A stretch of 63,600 bases of DNA, the filler included, from a bacterium (lineage in GTDB: Bacteria > JALSQH01): assembly GCA_026985515.1 (NCBI GenBank). It is 7 parts of 7 records of this genome, joined end to end, with 100 filler letters (N's around TTAATTAATTAA, not from the genome) between each part and the next. Parts side by side here need not be neighbours in the genome. Positions count along the whole stretch, not along the records: positions 1 to 27,438 come from JALSQH010000213.1; 6 more parts are not named here. The stretch is one strand, 5' to 3'. The translations under genes were made by a program, and so were the position numbers. The notes below the pieces were generated by a model. It did not search any database. It worked only from the letters and a program-made list of their open reading frames with translations, and was not told the DNA's origin. Numbering within the stretch: position 1 is the first letter of the stretch; each line of letters starts with the position of its first letter. Of this stretch, positions 13,975-23,659 are shown piece after piece.

Positions 13975-14517
13975 TCAGGTTTTTTTCTCTACCTGTTCAA
14001 AATCAAGCTCAACAGGGGTGTGCCTTCCAAAAATACTCACAAGAATCCTCACCTTCCCCTTTTCCTCATTAACCTCCTCAACAACACCTTCAAAATTCGC
14101 GAAGGGACCCTCCTTGACTCTCACCAGGTCGCCAACATCGAATGAGTGAAGATACTTAACACGCAGTTTACCTTCCTCAATGTCTCTCCTGAGTCTCTCC
14201 ACCTCTTCTTCCGGAACGGGTAACGGTTCATGTTTTCTTCCAAGAAAACCGGTTACCCTGGGAATACTGGTTATAAGATGCCAGGTTCTATCATTCATTT
14301 CCATCTTTATGAATACATAACCGGGTAAAAATCTTTTCTCAACTGTCTTCTTTTTCCCCTTTTTCACTTCTTCCACTTTTTCTTTAGGTATGAAGATCTC
14401 CTCGATCATGTCAGAGAGACCTTCCATCTCAGCCTTATCCAGGATCATCTTTTTTACATTATCTTCAAAACCAGAATATGTATGGATGGCATACCACTTT
14501 TTCTCGCCCATACTCAC
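13975..14517 (-). CDS. nusG: Transcription termination/antitermination factor NusG
   Basis: WYAIHTYSGFE, PGYVF, KOW motif GPFANFEGVVEE. Confidence 0.99.
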   Translation of the reverse strand: MSMGEKKWYAIHTYSGFEDNVKKMILDKAEMEGLSDMIEEIFIPKEKVEEVKKGKKKTVEKRFLPGYVFIKMEMNDRTWHLITSIPRVTGFLGRKHEPLPVPEEEVERLRRDIEEGKLRVKYLHSFDVGDLVRVKEGPFANFEGVVEEVNEEKGKVRILVSIFGRHTPVELDFEQVEKKT

Positions 14518-14521
14518 TCCA

Positions 14522-14719
14522 TCATATAAAAATTCTCAAAACCAGTGAAATAACCCAGTCCACAAGGGCCAGGTAACCGGCAGAAATTAGAATGAAGATA
14601 ACCACCGCCACAGTAGCAAGTGCAGCCTGTTTCCAGTTAGGCCATGTTACCTTCTTCCCCTCAGATACTACCTCTCTTAAAAATTCTACCGACCTTTCAA
14701 TGAAATTCTTATCTTCCAT
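14522..14719 (-). CDS. secE: Preprotein translocase subunit SecE
   Basis: FLREVVSEGKKVTWP plus one TM helix; upstream of nusG. Confidence 0.95.
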   Translation of the reverse strand: MEDKNFIERSVEFLREVVSEGKKVTWPNWKQAALATVAVVIFILISAGYLALVDWVISLVLRIFI

Positions 14720-14747
14720 ACGTTAAATCCCCTGATATGAAAAATAA

Positions 14748-14824
14748 TGGCAGGCCAGGAGGGACTCGAACCCCCAACCACCGGATTTGGAGTCCGGCGC
14801 TCTACCAGTTAGAGCTACTGGCCT
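14748..14824 (-). tRNA. tRNA-Trp (CCA)
   Basis: Cloverleaf AGGCCAG...CCGGA-CTCCAAA-TCCGG...GGTTCGAGTCC...CCA. Confidence 0.97.
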
Positions 14825-14828
14825 AATA

Positions 14829-14987
14829 TTACTTCACCTCTTTATGCCATGTATGTCTATGACAATGCGGACAATACTTTCTCAGTCTAAGTTTCTCCCT
14901 GTGTTTCTTTTTGTTTCGTCTGTATGAGTAATTCCTGTTTTTACACTCTTCACACATCAGATGTATTGTGACAATATCTCCCGCCAT
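14829..14987 (-). CDS. rpmG: 50S ribosomal protein L33, Zn-binding form (52 aa, not in ORF track)
   Basis: Hand translation MAGDIVTIHLMCEECKNRNYSYRRNKKKHREKLRLRKYCPHCHRHTWHKEVK; two CxxC pairs; between tuf and tRNA-Trp. Confidence 0.95.
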   Translation of the reverse strand: MAGDIVTIHLMCEECKNRNYSYRRNKKKHREKLRLRKYCPHCHRHTWHKEVK

Positions 14988-15001
14988 TATGCTACTCCAC
15001 T

Positions 15002-16195
15002 CTATTCAATTATTTTAGTTACCACTCCAGCTCCTACTGTCCTTCCTCCTTCCCTTATCGCAAACCTCAATCCTTCCTCCATAGCCACAGGCTTGATCAG
15101 CTCAACTCGCATCGTCACATTATCCCCTGGCATCACCATCTGTACATTCTCAGGCAACGTTATCACTCCCGTCACATCCGTCGTCCGAAAATAAAACTGC
15201 GGCCTGTAACCACTGTGAAACGGCGTATGACGCCCTCCCTCCTCCTTCTTCAATACATACACCTCCGCCTCAAATATCCTGTGCGGAGTTATCGTTCCTG
15301 GCGCAGCTAACACCTGCCCCCTCTCCACATCATTCTTCCGAATCCCCCTCAACAAACACCCTACATTATCTCCTGCTATACCTTCATCCAATACCTTACG
15401 GAACATCTCCACTCCCGTCACCACCGTCTTCTGCGTCTCCCGTAAACCAACTATCTCTACCTCATCACCCACCTTAACCTTACCCCTCTCTATCCTCCCT
15501 GTAACCACCGTTCCCCTACCACTTATGCTGAATATGTCCTCTATCGGCATCAAAAACGGCTTATCTACATCCCTAACAGGCTCAGGTATGTACTCATCCA
15601 TCGCATCCAGCAACTCATATATAGGCTTCACCCATTCATCATCCGCACTCGTCGCCTCCAGCGCCTTCAATGCACTACCCCTTATCACCGGCACCTCATC
15701 ACCTGGAAATCCATAACTGCTCAATAAATCACGTACCTCCATCTCCACCAGCTCAAGCAACTCCTCATCATCCATCATGTCTATCTTGTTCAAAAATACC
15801 ACTATGTACGGAACTCCAACCTGCCTCGCCAGCAATATGTGCTCACGCGTCTGTGGCATAGGTCCATCCGGAGCCGCCACAACTAAAATCGCTCCATCCA
15901 TCTGCGCAGCTCCAGTTATCATATTCTTAATGTAATCCGCATGACCTGGACAATCAATATGCGCATAATGCCTCTTCTCCGTCTCATACTCAACATGCGC
16001 TATGTTTATCGTTATCCCCCTCTGCCTCTCCTCTGGCGCCTTATCTATCTCCTCAAATGGTACCTCCTGCGCCTTACCCCTCAACGCCAGTGCATGCGTT
16101 ATCGCACTCGTCAACGTAGTCTTACCATGATCTATATGCCCGATCGTTCCAACATTTACATGCGGCTTACTCCTTACAAACTTCTCCTTGCTCAT
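15002..16195 (-). CDS. tuf: Elongation factor Tu
   Basis: [31 protein letters not shown]. Confidence 0.99.
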   Translation of the reverse strand: MSKEKFVRSKPHVNVGTIGHIDHGKTTLTSAITHALALRGKAQEVPFEEIDKAPEERQRGITINIAHVEYETEKRHYAHIDCPGHADYIKNMITGAAQMDGAILVVAAPDGPMPQTREHILLARQVGVPYIVVFLNKIDMMDDEELLELVEMEVRDLLSSYGFPGDEVPVIRGSALKALEATSADDEWVKPIYELLDAMDEYIPEPVRDVDKPFLMPIEDIFSISGRGTVVTGRIERGKVKVGDEVEIVGLRETQKTVVTGVEMFRKVLDEGIAGDNVGCLLRGIRKNDVERGQVLAAPGTITPHRIFEAEVYVLKKEEGGRHTPFHSGYRPQFYFRTTDVTGVITLPENVQMVMPGDNVTMRVELIKPVAMEEGLRFAIREGGRTVGAGVVTKIIE

Positions 16196-16229
16196 CGCTA
16201 CCTCCTAAAAGAATTTTTAGATGTATCAG

Positions 16230-16305
16230 TGGAGCCCACGACCGGGCTTGAACCGGTGACCTCACCCTTACCAAGGGTGTGCTCTACCTGCTGAGCTACG
16301 TGGGC
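16230..16305 (-). tRNA. tRNA-Thr (GGT)
   Basis: GCCCACG...ACCC-TTGGTAA-GGGT...GGTTCAAGCC...CCA. Confidence 0.97.
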
Positions 16306-16318
16306 GTATCTTCTAAAA

Positions 16319-16395
16319 TGGAGCGGGAGACGGGATTCGAACCCGCGACCCTCAGCTTGGAAGGCTGATGCTCTAGCCAGCTGAGCTACTCCCGC
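16319..16395 (-). tRNA. tRNA-Gly (TCC)
   Basis: GCGGGAG...TCAGC-CTTCCAA-GCTGA...GGTTCGAATCC...CCA. Confidence 0.97.
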
Positions 16396-16402
16396 ATATA
16401 AA

Positions 16403-16487
16403 TGGTGGTGGGAGGAGGATTCGAACCTCCGAAGGCTGAGCCAGCGGGTTTACAGCCCGCCCCCTTTGGCCGCTCGGGCATCCCACC
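16403..16487 (-). tRNA. tRNA-Tyr (GTA)
   Basis: GGTGGGA...GCGGG-CTGTAAA-CCCGC, long variable arm, CCA end. Confidence 0.97.
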
Positions 16488-16489
16488 AC

Positions 16490-16565
16490 TGGAGCTGGCG
16501 GAGGGACTTGAACCCACAACCTGCTGATTACAAGTCAGCCGCTCTACCAATTGAGCTACGCCAGC
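16490..16565 (-). tRNA. tRNA-Thr (TGT)
   Basis: GCTGGCG...CTGA-CTTGTAA-TCAG...GGTTCAAGTCC...CCA. Confidence 0.97.
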
Positions 16566-16580
16566 TCACGACAAAATATA

Positions 16581-16608
16581 ATTATACTATTTGAATTCAT
16601 ACTGTCAA
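16581..16608 (-). promoter_or_regulatory. Consensus sigma70 promoter of the tRNA-tuf operon
   Basis: TTGACA (16608-16603), 16 nt, TATAAT (16586-16581); AT-rich upstream tract. Confidence 0.85.
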
Positions 16609-16676
16609 GCACAAAATTAACTTTCAAATCTTTATTTTACAAAAAAGGGCTTTGCTTTCAATTAAAGTTTCCTGTC

Positions 16677-18602
16677 CTATTTACTGTAAAACAGATCATT
16701 CAAATCCACATACCTGTAAGGATTATTGGAAGCCCTTATCCATTTACCATCCTCAGTTTTCTCAAATGCAACCATTATCTTCAAAGCAGTGGCATCATAA
16801 GCCACTGAAAAAATATCTCCATGCATAGCAGCCCAGCTTGCAATTTTGCTCCCGGCTGCGAGATCAATAGGTGTAAGATAACCATTGTTATCAGGGGCAA
16901 TCTCAACCTGTTCCCCTGTAATATCATCTGTAACAACGAGTTTTTCACCGTTCTGATATGCAAGAATTGCCCTGTACATTCGCAGATACCTCTTATTATA
17001 AGAGCCACCCTCAAGCATCTTCCTTTCAAGGTCCTGATAAAAGATATTTTCAGGCTTATATGCCCATGGACCATGACATGCTTCCTGCCACATTCTCAGA
17101 CCATGCATCATCATCTCATCACCTCTGTAAACTGCACAGGCAAGCTCTTTACCAACCTTTCTCACAATTCCATCTTTTGAAAATCTGTAACCTTCGGGAG
17201 TATCAATGATGGGCTTTGGAAGGGCTATTATATCTTTGACGGGTGTATCAGTAAGGCTGTAGGGATATGGAGGATATGGTGAAGGATCATTCCTGTCCTT
17301 GAGCATTATCTCCTCAGCATCTCTTTCATAATTTACAAGCCATGGGTCTTCTGCATGAGTTATGGACTTTACCATTTTTCCATCTTTATCAAACTGGTAA
17401 AGTGTCGCCTCAACTTCACAATTATGTTTCCTTCTGTAAACACCTATAAATACTCCGTTATTCTCCACATTCATCGCTTCCGCATGTGCTCCATTATGAG
17501 CTGGATCACCATAGGTTATCAACCAGTTGTAACCAATTGTGGGAGGCCTGTTAAATCCGTCACCCACATCGTTGATCACATACTTAAGTGCTTCATCAAG
17601 ATTGTGAGCTTTTCCCAGAATTTCTCTGAATTTCAACACCCATGGTTCCCCTTTTAACCTTTCAAAAACACTGGAAGAACCAACCTCGCTTACCGTTATG
17701 CCCGCCTTGCTGATACCTGCAAGGGCGCCCAGGAATCCTATATACCCGATTGTAACATGGGGAATTTCACCATCGGGCATCCATACAGTTAGAGCTTTAA
17801 AATTGGCGATTCCAGTATTTGAATTCCAGTCAAGGTTTCTGCTTGCAATGAGATGACCACCCTTTGTCCTGAAATTCCAGGCAGCAAAGAAGCTGCAGTG
17901 ACCAAGTAATCCGTGAAGATTTATCTTCTCAATACCATGTTCCTTCACCATCTGAGCCCATTCTCTCACCTTCGGGGAGAGTTGCGGTTGAATACCGTAA
18001 AAATCCATTGCCTTAAGCGAAAATCCAGTGGAAAGGACCATTCCCATGTCACCCTGCGGGTCCTCCTCCAGAAGGTCAGAAATATTGCTTATTGCTATGA
18101 TTCTCTTTACAAGTGTTGAAATTGAAACAGTGTTATCGTAGTGATCCTGACCATCTATTTTATACTCATTTTTAAATCCTGCGGCATCTGCTCCATCCTG
18201 TATACCCTTAATCTCCTCCAGAAACTCGTGGGGAACATATGGTGAAAGCTGAGACCATGCCATATCCAGTAACTGACCAAAAATGGTGTTTGCCATGTCG
18301 GGACCCACACCAAGTTCGTTGCCAAGATAATTCATAAAACTCCACCAGGTACCAGCTATCATATCACCAGCTAAATATCCATACTGGTATCCCATCTCGT
18401 AATGAGTTCCCTTCACCCTCAGCACGTAGAGAGGACCATAATCTGTATCCATTTGAGCAAGTATACCCTCACCATAACTTTTTAGCACCTTGCCCACATG
18501 AGCCGAATAATAATCAACAGGGGATTCCTTCTCTTCTTTTTTGCTGCAGGATGTAATTGCAAAAAAAGCGAGTAAAACAAGAATAAATACTGCTTTCCTC
18601 AT
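16677..18602 (-). CDS. Lipoprotein, peptidase C45 / acyltransferase-like Ntn-hydrolase
   Basis: Lipoprotein signal (LAFFAITSC); GTHYEMGYQYG pro-region; nucleophile region HCSFFAAW...IASRNLDW. Confidence 0.75.
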   Translation of the reverse strand: MRKAVFILVLLAFFAITSCSKKEEKESPVDYYSAHVGKVLKSYGEGILAQMDTDYGPLYVLRVKGTHYEMGYQYGYLAGDMIAGTWWSFMNYLGNELGVGPDMANTIFGQLLDMAWSQLSPYVPHEFLEEIKGIQDGADAAGFKNEYKIDGQDHYDNTVSISTLVKRIIAISNISDLLEEDPQGDMGMVLSTGFSLKAMDFYGIQPQLSPKVREWAQMVKEHGIEKINLHGLLGHCSFFAAWNFRTKGGHLIASRNLDWNSNTGIANFKALTVWMPDGEIPHVTIGYIGFLGALAGISKAGITVSEVGSSSVFERLKGEPWVLKFREILGKAHNLDEALKYVINDVGDGFNRPPTIGYNWLITYGDPAHNGAHAEAMNVENNGVFIGVYRRKHNCEVEATLYQFDKDGKMVKSITHAEDPWLVNYERDAEEIMLKDRNDPSPYPPYPYSLTDTPVKDIIALPKPIIDTPEGYRFSKDGIVRKVGKELACAVYRGDEMMMHGLRMWQEACHGPWAYKPENIFYQDLERKMLEGGSYNKRYLRMYRAILAYQNGEKLVVTDDITGEQVEIAPDNNGYLTPIDLAAGSKIASWAAMHGDIFSVAYDATALKIMVAFEKTEDGKWIRASNNPYRYVDLNDLFYSK

Positions 18603-18665
18603 ATAAGAACCTCCTCTTTTTCAAAAAAGGTAGCACACTTTTTTTACCGTGTCAATTTAATTGAT

Positions 18666-18694
18666 TTGTCTTCAAGAAATACATAATTTATAAT
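18666..18694 (+). promoter_or_regulatory. Sigma70-type promoter for fadH
   Basis: TTGTCT, 17 nt, TATAAT, followed by an AAGGAG SD. Confidence 0.55.
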
Positions 18695-18723
18695 GAATAG
18701 CAAAGCAAAGAAAGGAGAAAAAG

Positions 18724-20745
18724 ATGGAAAGATTCAAAATTTTGCTCTCACCCATCAGGATAAGGAAGATGGAAATTCCAAACAGAGCCGGTATGCCTTC
18801 CATGCATCTTCACTACACACCAGGAGGAGAAATTACCGAAAAATTCATAGCATTTTACAGGGAGAGGGCAAAGGGAGAGGTTGGATTAATTGTTATTGGT
18901 GGATGCAGTATTGATAAGACAGCCGGAGGACCAATTCTGGTGGGATTGCATGATGACAAATTCCTTCCGGGCCTGAAAAAATTTACAGATGAAATTCACA
19001 GAGTGAGCGAAACAAAAGTGGCAGCTCAGTTATATCATGCAGGTAGATACGCCTTTTCTTTTCTGATAGGGGAACAGCCAGTTGCTCCCTCCCCTGTTCC
19101 TTCAAAATTGACAAAGGAAACACCCAGGGAACTTACTGTGGATGAAATCAAGAAAATTGAAGACGATTTTGCAGAAGCTGCTTACAGAGCAAAAAGGGCC
19201 GGATTTGACGCTGTGGAAATCCTCGGATCAGCAGGATATATCATTTCCCAGTTTTTATCACCCCTCACCAATTTAAGAAATGATGAATATGGTGGGAGTC
19301 TGGAAAACAGGGCACGATTTGGAGTAGAAGTTATAAAGAAAGTTAGAGAAGCTGTTGGGGAGGATTTTCCCATCATTCTAAGACAGGGGGGAAGTGACTT
19401 TATGAGAGGTGGAAATACCTCAAGGGACATTCTGGAGGCGGTTAAATACTTTGCTGAAGCTGGAGTTGATCTCATAAATGTAACAGGGGGATGGCATGAA
19501 ACTCATGTTCCCCAGATAACTGGAGCAGTTCCCAGAGCAGGCATGGCGTATCTCGCACAGGGTATCAGGAGGGTTACGGGGAAACCTGTTATAATCTCAA
19601 ATAGAATAGCAACTCTGGACCTGGCAGAATCGCTTCTGAGGAATGGGTGGGGTGACATGGTAAATTTTGGTAGACCTCTCATTGCTGATCCCTATCTGAT
19701 AAAAAAGGCAAAGGAGGGTAGGGTTGATGAGATAAGGCCATGCATAGCCTGCAATCAGATGTGTTTTGATGCGGTTTTTCTCGGTCAGGAAGTTGGCTGC
19801 ACTGTCAATCCATTTGTGGGGAAGGAAAATGAAATGACAGATGATACTCTTCCACCTGCTGAGAAACAGAAAAAGATAGTTGTGGTGGGAGCAGGAGCAG
19901 GAGGTCTTAGCGCTGCCATAACTGCTGCAAAGAGGGGACACAAGGTTGTAATTTATGAGAAGAAAGAAAAGATTGGAGGGCAGTTAGAGGTGGCATCTGC
20001 TCCACCAGATAAAAAAGAATTCGCAAGGTTGATAGATTATTATCGTGGTGAGGTTGAAAGACTCAAAATTCAGCTTAAACTCAACAGACCAGCAACACCA
20101 GAGGACATAATAAGCGAAAAACCTGATGAAGTGGTTATCGCCACAGGGGGAATCCCCATTGTACCTCCAATTAAGGGGGTTGATCTACCCCTGGTCGTTA
20201 AAGGTGAAGAGGTGTTGAGGGGGGAAGCTGTACTGGGTGAAAAGATCGTAATTGTTGGGGGTGGAGCTGTGGGGGTGGATGTGGCTCTTTACATAGTGGA
20301 TAAGACTCAGATAAATGGTGAGCAGAGTAAATTTCTCCTCAAGTGGGAAGCGGAAGATTGTGAACGGGTTAAGGAACTGATTCAGAAAAGCTTTAAAGAG
20401 ATAACAATAGTTGAAATGCTGGACAGTATTGGAAGGGATATAGGGAAATCCACAAGGTGGGTGGCCTTAAAGGAACTTTCCAGAGCCGGTGTAAAAATGT
20501 TAGTTAAGACCAGAGCAGTGGCAATTGAAGAGGATGGAGTAGTAGTGGAAAGTGAAGCAGAAGGCAGGTACAAGATTCCGGCAGATACTGTTGTTCTCGC
20601 TGTTGGGTACAGGCCTGAAAATTCACTTTATGAGCAGTTAAAGGAAAAATTTGGTGATCATATCCATCTGATCGGGGATGCCAGAAAAGTGAGGAAGCTT
20701 CCGGACGCTATCCATGAGGGTTTCAAAATTGCCTTGAAATTTTAG
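18724..20745 (+). CDS. fadH: NADPH-dependent 2,4-dienoyl-CoA reductase (OYE-FeS-FAD)
   Basis: QLYHAGRY, GFDAVEILGSAGY, GGWHE, CIACNQMCFD Fe-S motif, two GxGxxG motifs. Confidence 0.88.
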   Translation: MERFKILLSPIRIRKMEIPNRAGMPSMHLHYTPGGEITEKFIAFYRERAKGEVGLIVIGGCSIDKTAGGPILVGLHDDKFLPGLKKFTDEIHRVSETKVAAQLYHAGRYAFSFLIGEQPVAPSPVPSKLTKETPRELTVDEIKKIEDDFAEAAYRAKRAGFDAVEILGSAGYIISQFLSPLTNLRNDEYGGSLENRARFGVEVIKKVREAVGEDFPIILRQGGSDFMRGGNTSRDILEAVKYFAEAGVDLINVTGGWHETHVPQITGAVPRAGMAYLAQGIRRVTGKPVIISNRIATLDLAESLLRNGWGDMVNFGRPLIADPYLIKKAKEGRVDEIRPCIACNQMCFDAVFLGQEVGCTVNPFVGKENEMTDDTLPPAEKQKKIVVVGAGAGGLSAAITAAKRGHKVVIYEKKEKIGGQLEVASAPPDKKEFARLIDYYRGEVERLKIQLKLNRPATPEDIISEKPDEVVIATGGIPIVPPIKGVDLPLVVKGEEVLRGEAVLGEKIVIVGGGAVGVDVALYIVDKTQINGEQSKFLLKWEAEDCERVKELIQKSFKEITIVEMLDSIGRDIGKSTRWVALKELSRAGVKMLVKTRAVAIEEDGVVVESEAEGRYKIPADTVVLAVGYRPENSLYEQLKEKFGDHIHLIGDARKVRKLPDAIHEGFKIALKF

Positions 20746-20815
20746 TGAACATATGTTCAAATATATATGTCTAAATGAACTGTAAGCACCTCCCTGCCTC
20801 CCTTCATTGATCCCC

Positions 20816-20850
20816 TCCCGATCCCGCCGCCGGCGGGATCGGGATTTTTT
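20816..20850 (+). terminator. Intrinsic terminator after fadH
   Basis: Perfect inverted repeat TCCCGATCCCGCC/GGCGGGATCGGGA followed by TTTTTT. Confidence 0.85.
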
Positions 20851-21895
20851 ATCGGCTCAAAACCACCACTTCTACTCTTCTGTTCAGCTGACGATTTCTT
20901 CTGCTGATATTGGGAAGTAAAGGATAATCTGACCCTTTTCCGATTACCTGCAACCTGTTGGGAGAAATATTAAACCTGGAAATGAGATACTGGAAAAGGA
21001 CTTTTGCCTGATCTTCTGTTACTTTTCTATCCAGAGCTGAATTCCCTGAAAGGTCAGTATGGCACTCTATTCTCAACCTGATAGAAGGATTATCCACAAG
21101 TACCTCCCCCAGCGCATCAAGTGTTTGATAGCTCTCTGGAGTTAGTCTGCTGCTTCTATCAATAAACTTTACGCCTTCAAGAATAAATCTGTCCCTTGTG
21201 TTTATCAGATTGTAAATCCTTTCTGCAAGTTTGCCATATTTTTTTACCTTTTTCCTTACCCTGAAAAATCCAGTCTTTCCTGCAATTGTCCAGATATTTT
21301 TCTGTAGATTACATTCATACCTTCCTTTACCCGTTCGTCTCTCAATATCATCCACCATTCCTCCAACCACCTTCTTTGCAAGGGTTACCACTGAATCGTT
21401 CAGACTTCCTATTACAGATGTGAGACCACTCCAAATTACTCTCCCTGTAGCTGTATCAATAAGTTTGGCAGAAAATGAGACAACCGGAACCAGTACCCCA
21501 GTACCGGTAAATCTGTAATTGAAATTCAGAACAGATCCATATAATACGCTGCCGGCCCCTATCTTTCTGCCAAACTGAGCAATTTGTTCATTGGTAGGGG
21601 GAGTGGACAGTTTTACAATCTTTGCCTCTCTTAACCTCACAACCGTATCCCAGTTTACAACATTCCATCCCCTTCTCCGCGAAATTACATCATAAAAAAT
21701 CTGAGAAACAACCACACCAGCATCAGGAACAGAACTCAAATTTCTGAAAGGATAAATTGCCACGCATCTCGCAGAAGGTGGCAGTTCTCTGAGAGGTGCA
21801 ACTACATTGAAAGATGGGGAGGTACATGAATACAGCAATAAAAGTAATGTTGCCAGAATCAAAAAAGTTTTTCTTTCAAATCCTGATAAAACCAT
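20849..21895 (-). CDS. Lipoprotein: PelC/DUF799-like domain fused to OmpA-like C-terminal domain
   Basis: Lipobox LYSC; VAIYPFRNLS, YGSVLNFNYR, LIDTATGRVIWSG; C-terminal IECHTD...NRRVEV. Confidence 0.72.
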   Translation of the reverse strand: MVLSGFERKTFLILATLLLLLYSCTSPSFNVVAPLRELPPSARCVAIYPFRNLSSVPDAGVVVSQIFYDVISRRRGWNVVNWDTVVRLREAKIVKLSTPPTNEQIAQFGRKIGAGSVLYGSVLNFNYRFTGTGVLVPVVSFSAKLIDTATGRVIWSGLTSVIGSLNDSVVTLAKKVVGGMVDDIERRTGKGRYECNLQKNIWTIAGKTGFFRVRKKVKKYGKLAERIYNLINTRDRFILEGVKFIDRSSRLTPESYQTLDALGEVLVDNPSIRLRIECHTDLSGNSALDRKVTEDQAKVLFQYLISRFNISPNRLQVIGKGSDYPLLPNISRRNRQLNRRVEVVVLSR

Positions 21896-22419
21896 TTTGT
21901 TACATCCTTCAAAAGAAGAAGTAGTGGATCGGTACCAACTCCTGCAACATTCTCAGATGAAGTGTGGAAGAATCCTTTATAAACAATTTTTTTTCTTTTG
22001 ACATCGAATATGTACACAGAGAATGAAATTACGGGTGAAGACCTCTCCCCATAACCGCTTGATCTGTAACCATATTCCTCAACATACCCATAAATTATGT
22101 AATCCAGGTGAAGCTTCCTGCCTGCATATTCCAGTTTAAGAGGATCATTCAAATCAATAATTCTGTACTCCGGTACAGCTTCCGAAATTCTTGAGGATTC
22201 AACTATCCTGATGGGAAGAGAATAAAGAAGGGAAGTAATGGCCTCTGCCACCACAATACCTGCATTGGGATAACCGGACAGATTTGAGAAATAGATAACA
22301 CCCACTCTGCTATTTTTCTCCATCTTCGAAGTTGAAACACTCTCCACCCTGTTTGTAGCCATACAACCGGCAAAGAATATGAGAACAGAGAGGTGAAAAA
22401 GCACAGATTTTTTCATCAC
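21859..22419 (-). CDS. PelC/DUF799-like lipoprotein
   Basis: Lipobox FAGC; FSNLSGYPNAG, IYGYVEEYGYR; paralogous to N-domain of the neighbouring gene. Confidence 0.65.
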   Translation of the reverse strand: MMKKSVLFHLSVLIFFAGCMATNRVESVSTSKMEKNSRVGVIYFSNLSGYPNAGIVVAEAITSLLYSLPIRIVESSRISEAVPEYRIIDLNDPLKLEYAGRKLHLDYIIYGYVEEYGYRSSGYGERSSPVISFSVYIFDVKRKKIVYKGFFHTSSENVAGVGTDPLLLLLKDVTKWFYQDLKEKLF

Positions 22420-22513
22420 TCATTTAGTTTATTGAATTTCTGTGAAAATGTAAAGAAAATTCCCCTTTCTTATTTTAATTGCTATAATTACTTCAAAAAG
22501 AGGAGGAATCGCT

Positions 22514-23659
22514 GTGAGGTGCAACATTTTTACGCAGGAGCATGAAATTTTCAGAAGGACGGTTAAGAATTTTGTTGAAAAGGAAATCAAACCATATGCA
22601 ACTGAATGGGATGAAAAGGAAGAATTCCCGAGAGAGCTTTTCAAAAGGCTGGGGGAACTGGGATTCCTGGGGATAAAGTACCCCGAGAAATATGGAGGAG
22701 CCGGTCTGGACTTTACCTATGAAACTGTATTTATTGAAGAAATGGCAAGGGGTGGGTCACTTGGAATGCTGCTGAGCATACTGGTACAAACTGACATGGC
22801 AACACCTGCAATTTACCATTTCGGGACAGAGGAGCAGAAGGAAAAATTCCTGAAACCGGCTCTTTCCGGTGAAAAGATTTTTGCAATAGGAATAACAGAA
22901 CCAGGGGCTGGTTCAGATGTTGCTGCCATAAAAACGACCGCCAAAAGAGAAGGTGATTACTACATTGTAAATGGAAGCAAAACATTCATAACAAACGGAG
23001 CCATTGCTGATTATATAACCCTTGCAGTTAAAACCGCACCTGAGAAGGGGCACAGAGGTATAAGCCTCCTTATTTTTGATACAGGAACTGAAGGTTTCTC
23101 TGTGGGGAAACACATAAAAAAGATGGGCAACTGGGCATCCAACACCGCTGAACTATTTTTTGATAACTGTAGAGTGCCCGTAGAAAACAGGATAGGGGGA
23201 GAAAACATGGGGTTTTACTACATAATGAAGGGCTTTGAAACTGAGAGGTTATCGGGAGCAGTTATGGCTCAGGCTGCTGCTGAATATGCCCTCGAAATAG
23301 CACTCAAGTACGTGAAGGAGAGAGAGGCATTTGGTAAAAAGATAATAGACTTACAGGCAATAAGACATCGACTGGTGGATCTTATGACAGAGGTGGAGGT
23401 AAGCAAAAGATTCCTGTACTATGTAATTGACAAATATGTATCAGGTGAAGATACACTAACCGAAATAACAATGGCCAAACTCTGGATAGGGGAGATGGCC
23501 ATAAGAGTGGCAAACGAGGCTCTGCAATTTCTGGGGGGTTATGGATACACAAGGGAATACCCCATTGAAAGAATATTGAGGGATGTTAGACTATATACGA
23601 TAGGAGGCGGAACATCAGAAATAATGAGAGAAATTCTTTCCAAAAGACTTTTATCCTGA
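22514..23659 (+). CDS. Acyl-CoA dehydrogenase
   Basis: ITEPGAGSDVA, NGSKTFITNG, QFLGGYGYTREYPIER, IGGGTSEIM. Confidence 0.95.
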   Translation: MRCNIFTQEHEIFRRTVKNFVEKEIKPYATEWDEKEEFPRELFKRLGELGFLGIKYPEKYGGAGLDFTYETVFIEEMARGGSLGMLLSILVQTDMATPAIYHFGTEEQKEKFLKPALSGEKIFAIGITEPGAGSDVAAIKTTAKREGDYYIVNGSKTFITNGAIADYITLAVKTAPEKGHRGISLLIFDTGTEGFSVGKHIKKMGNWASNTAELFFDNCRVPVENRIGGENMGFYYIMKGFETERLSGAVMAQAAAEYALEIALKYVKEREAFGKKIIDLQAIRHRLVDLMTEVEVSKRFLYYVIDKYVSGEDTLTEITMAKLWIGEMAIRVANEALQFLGGYGYTREYPIERILRDVRLYTIGGGTSEIMREILSKRLLS

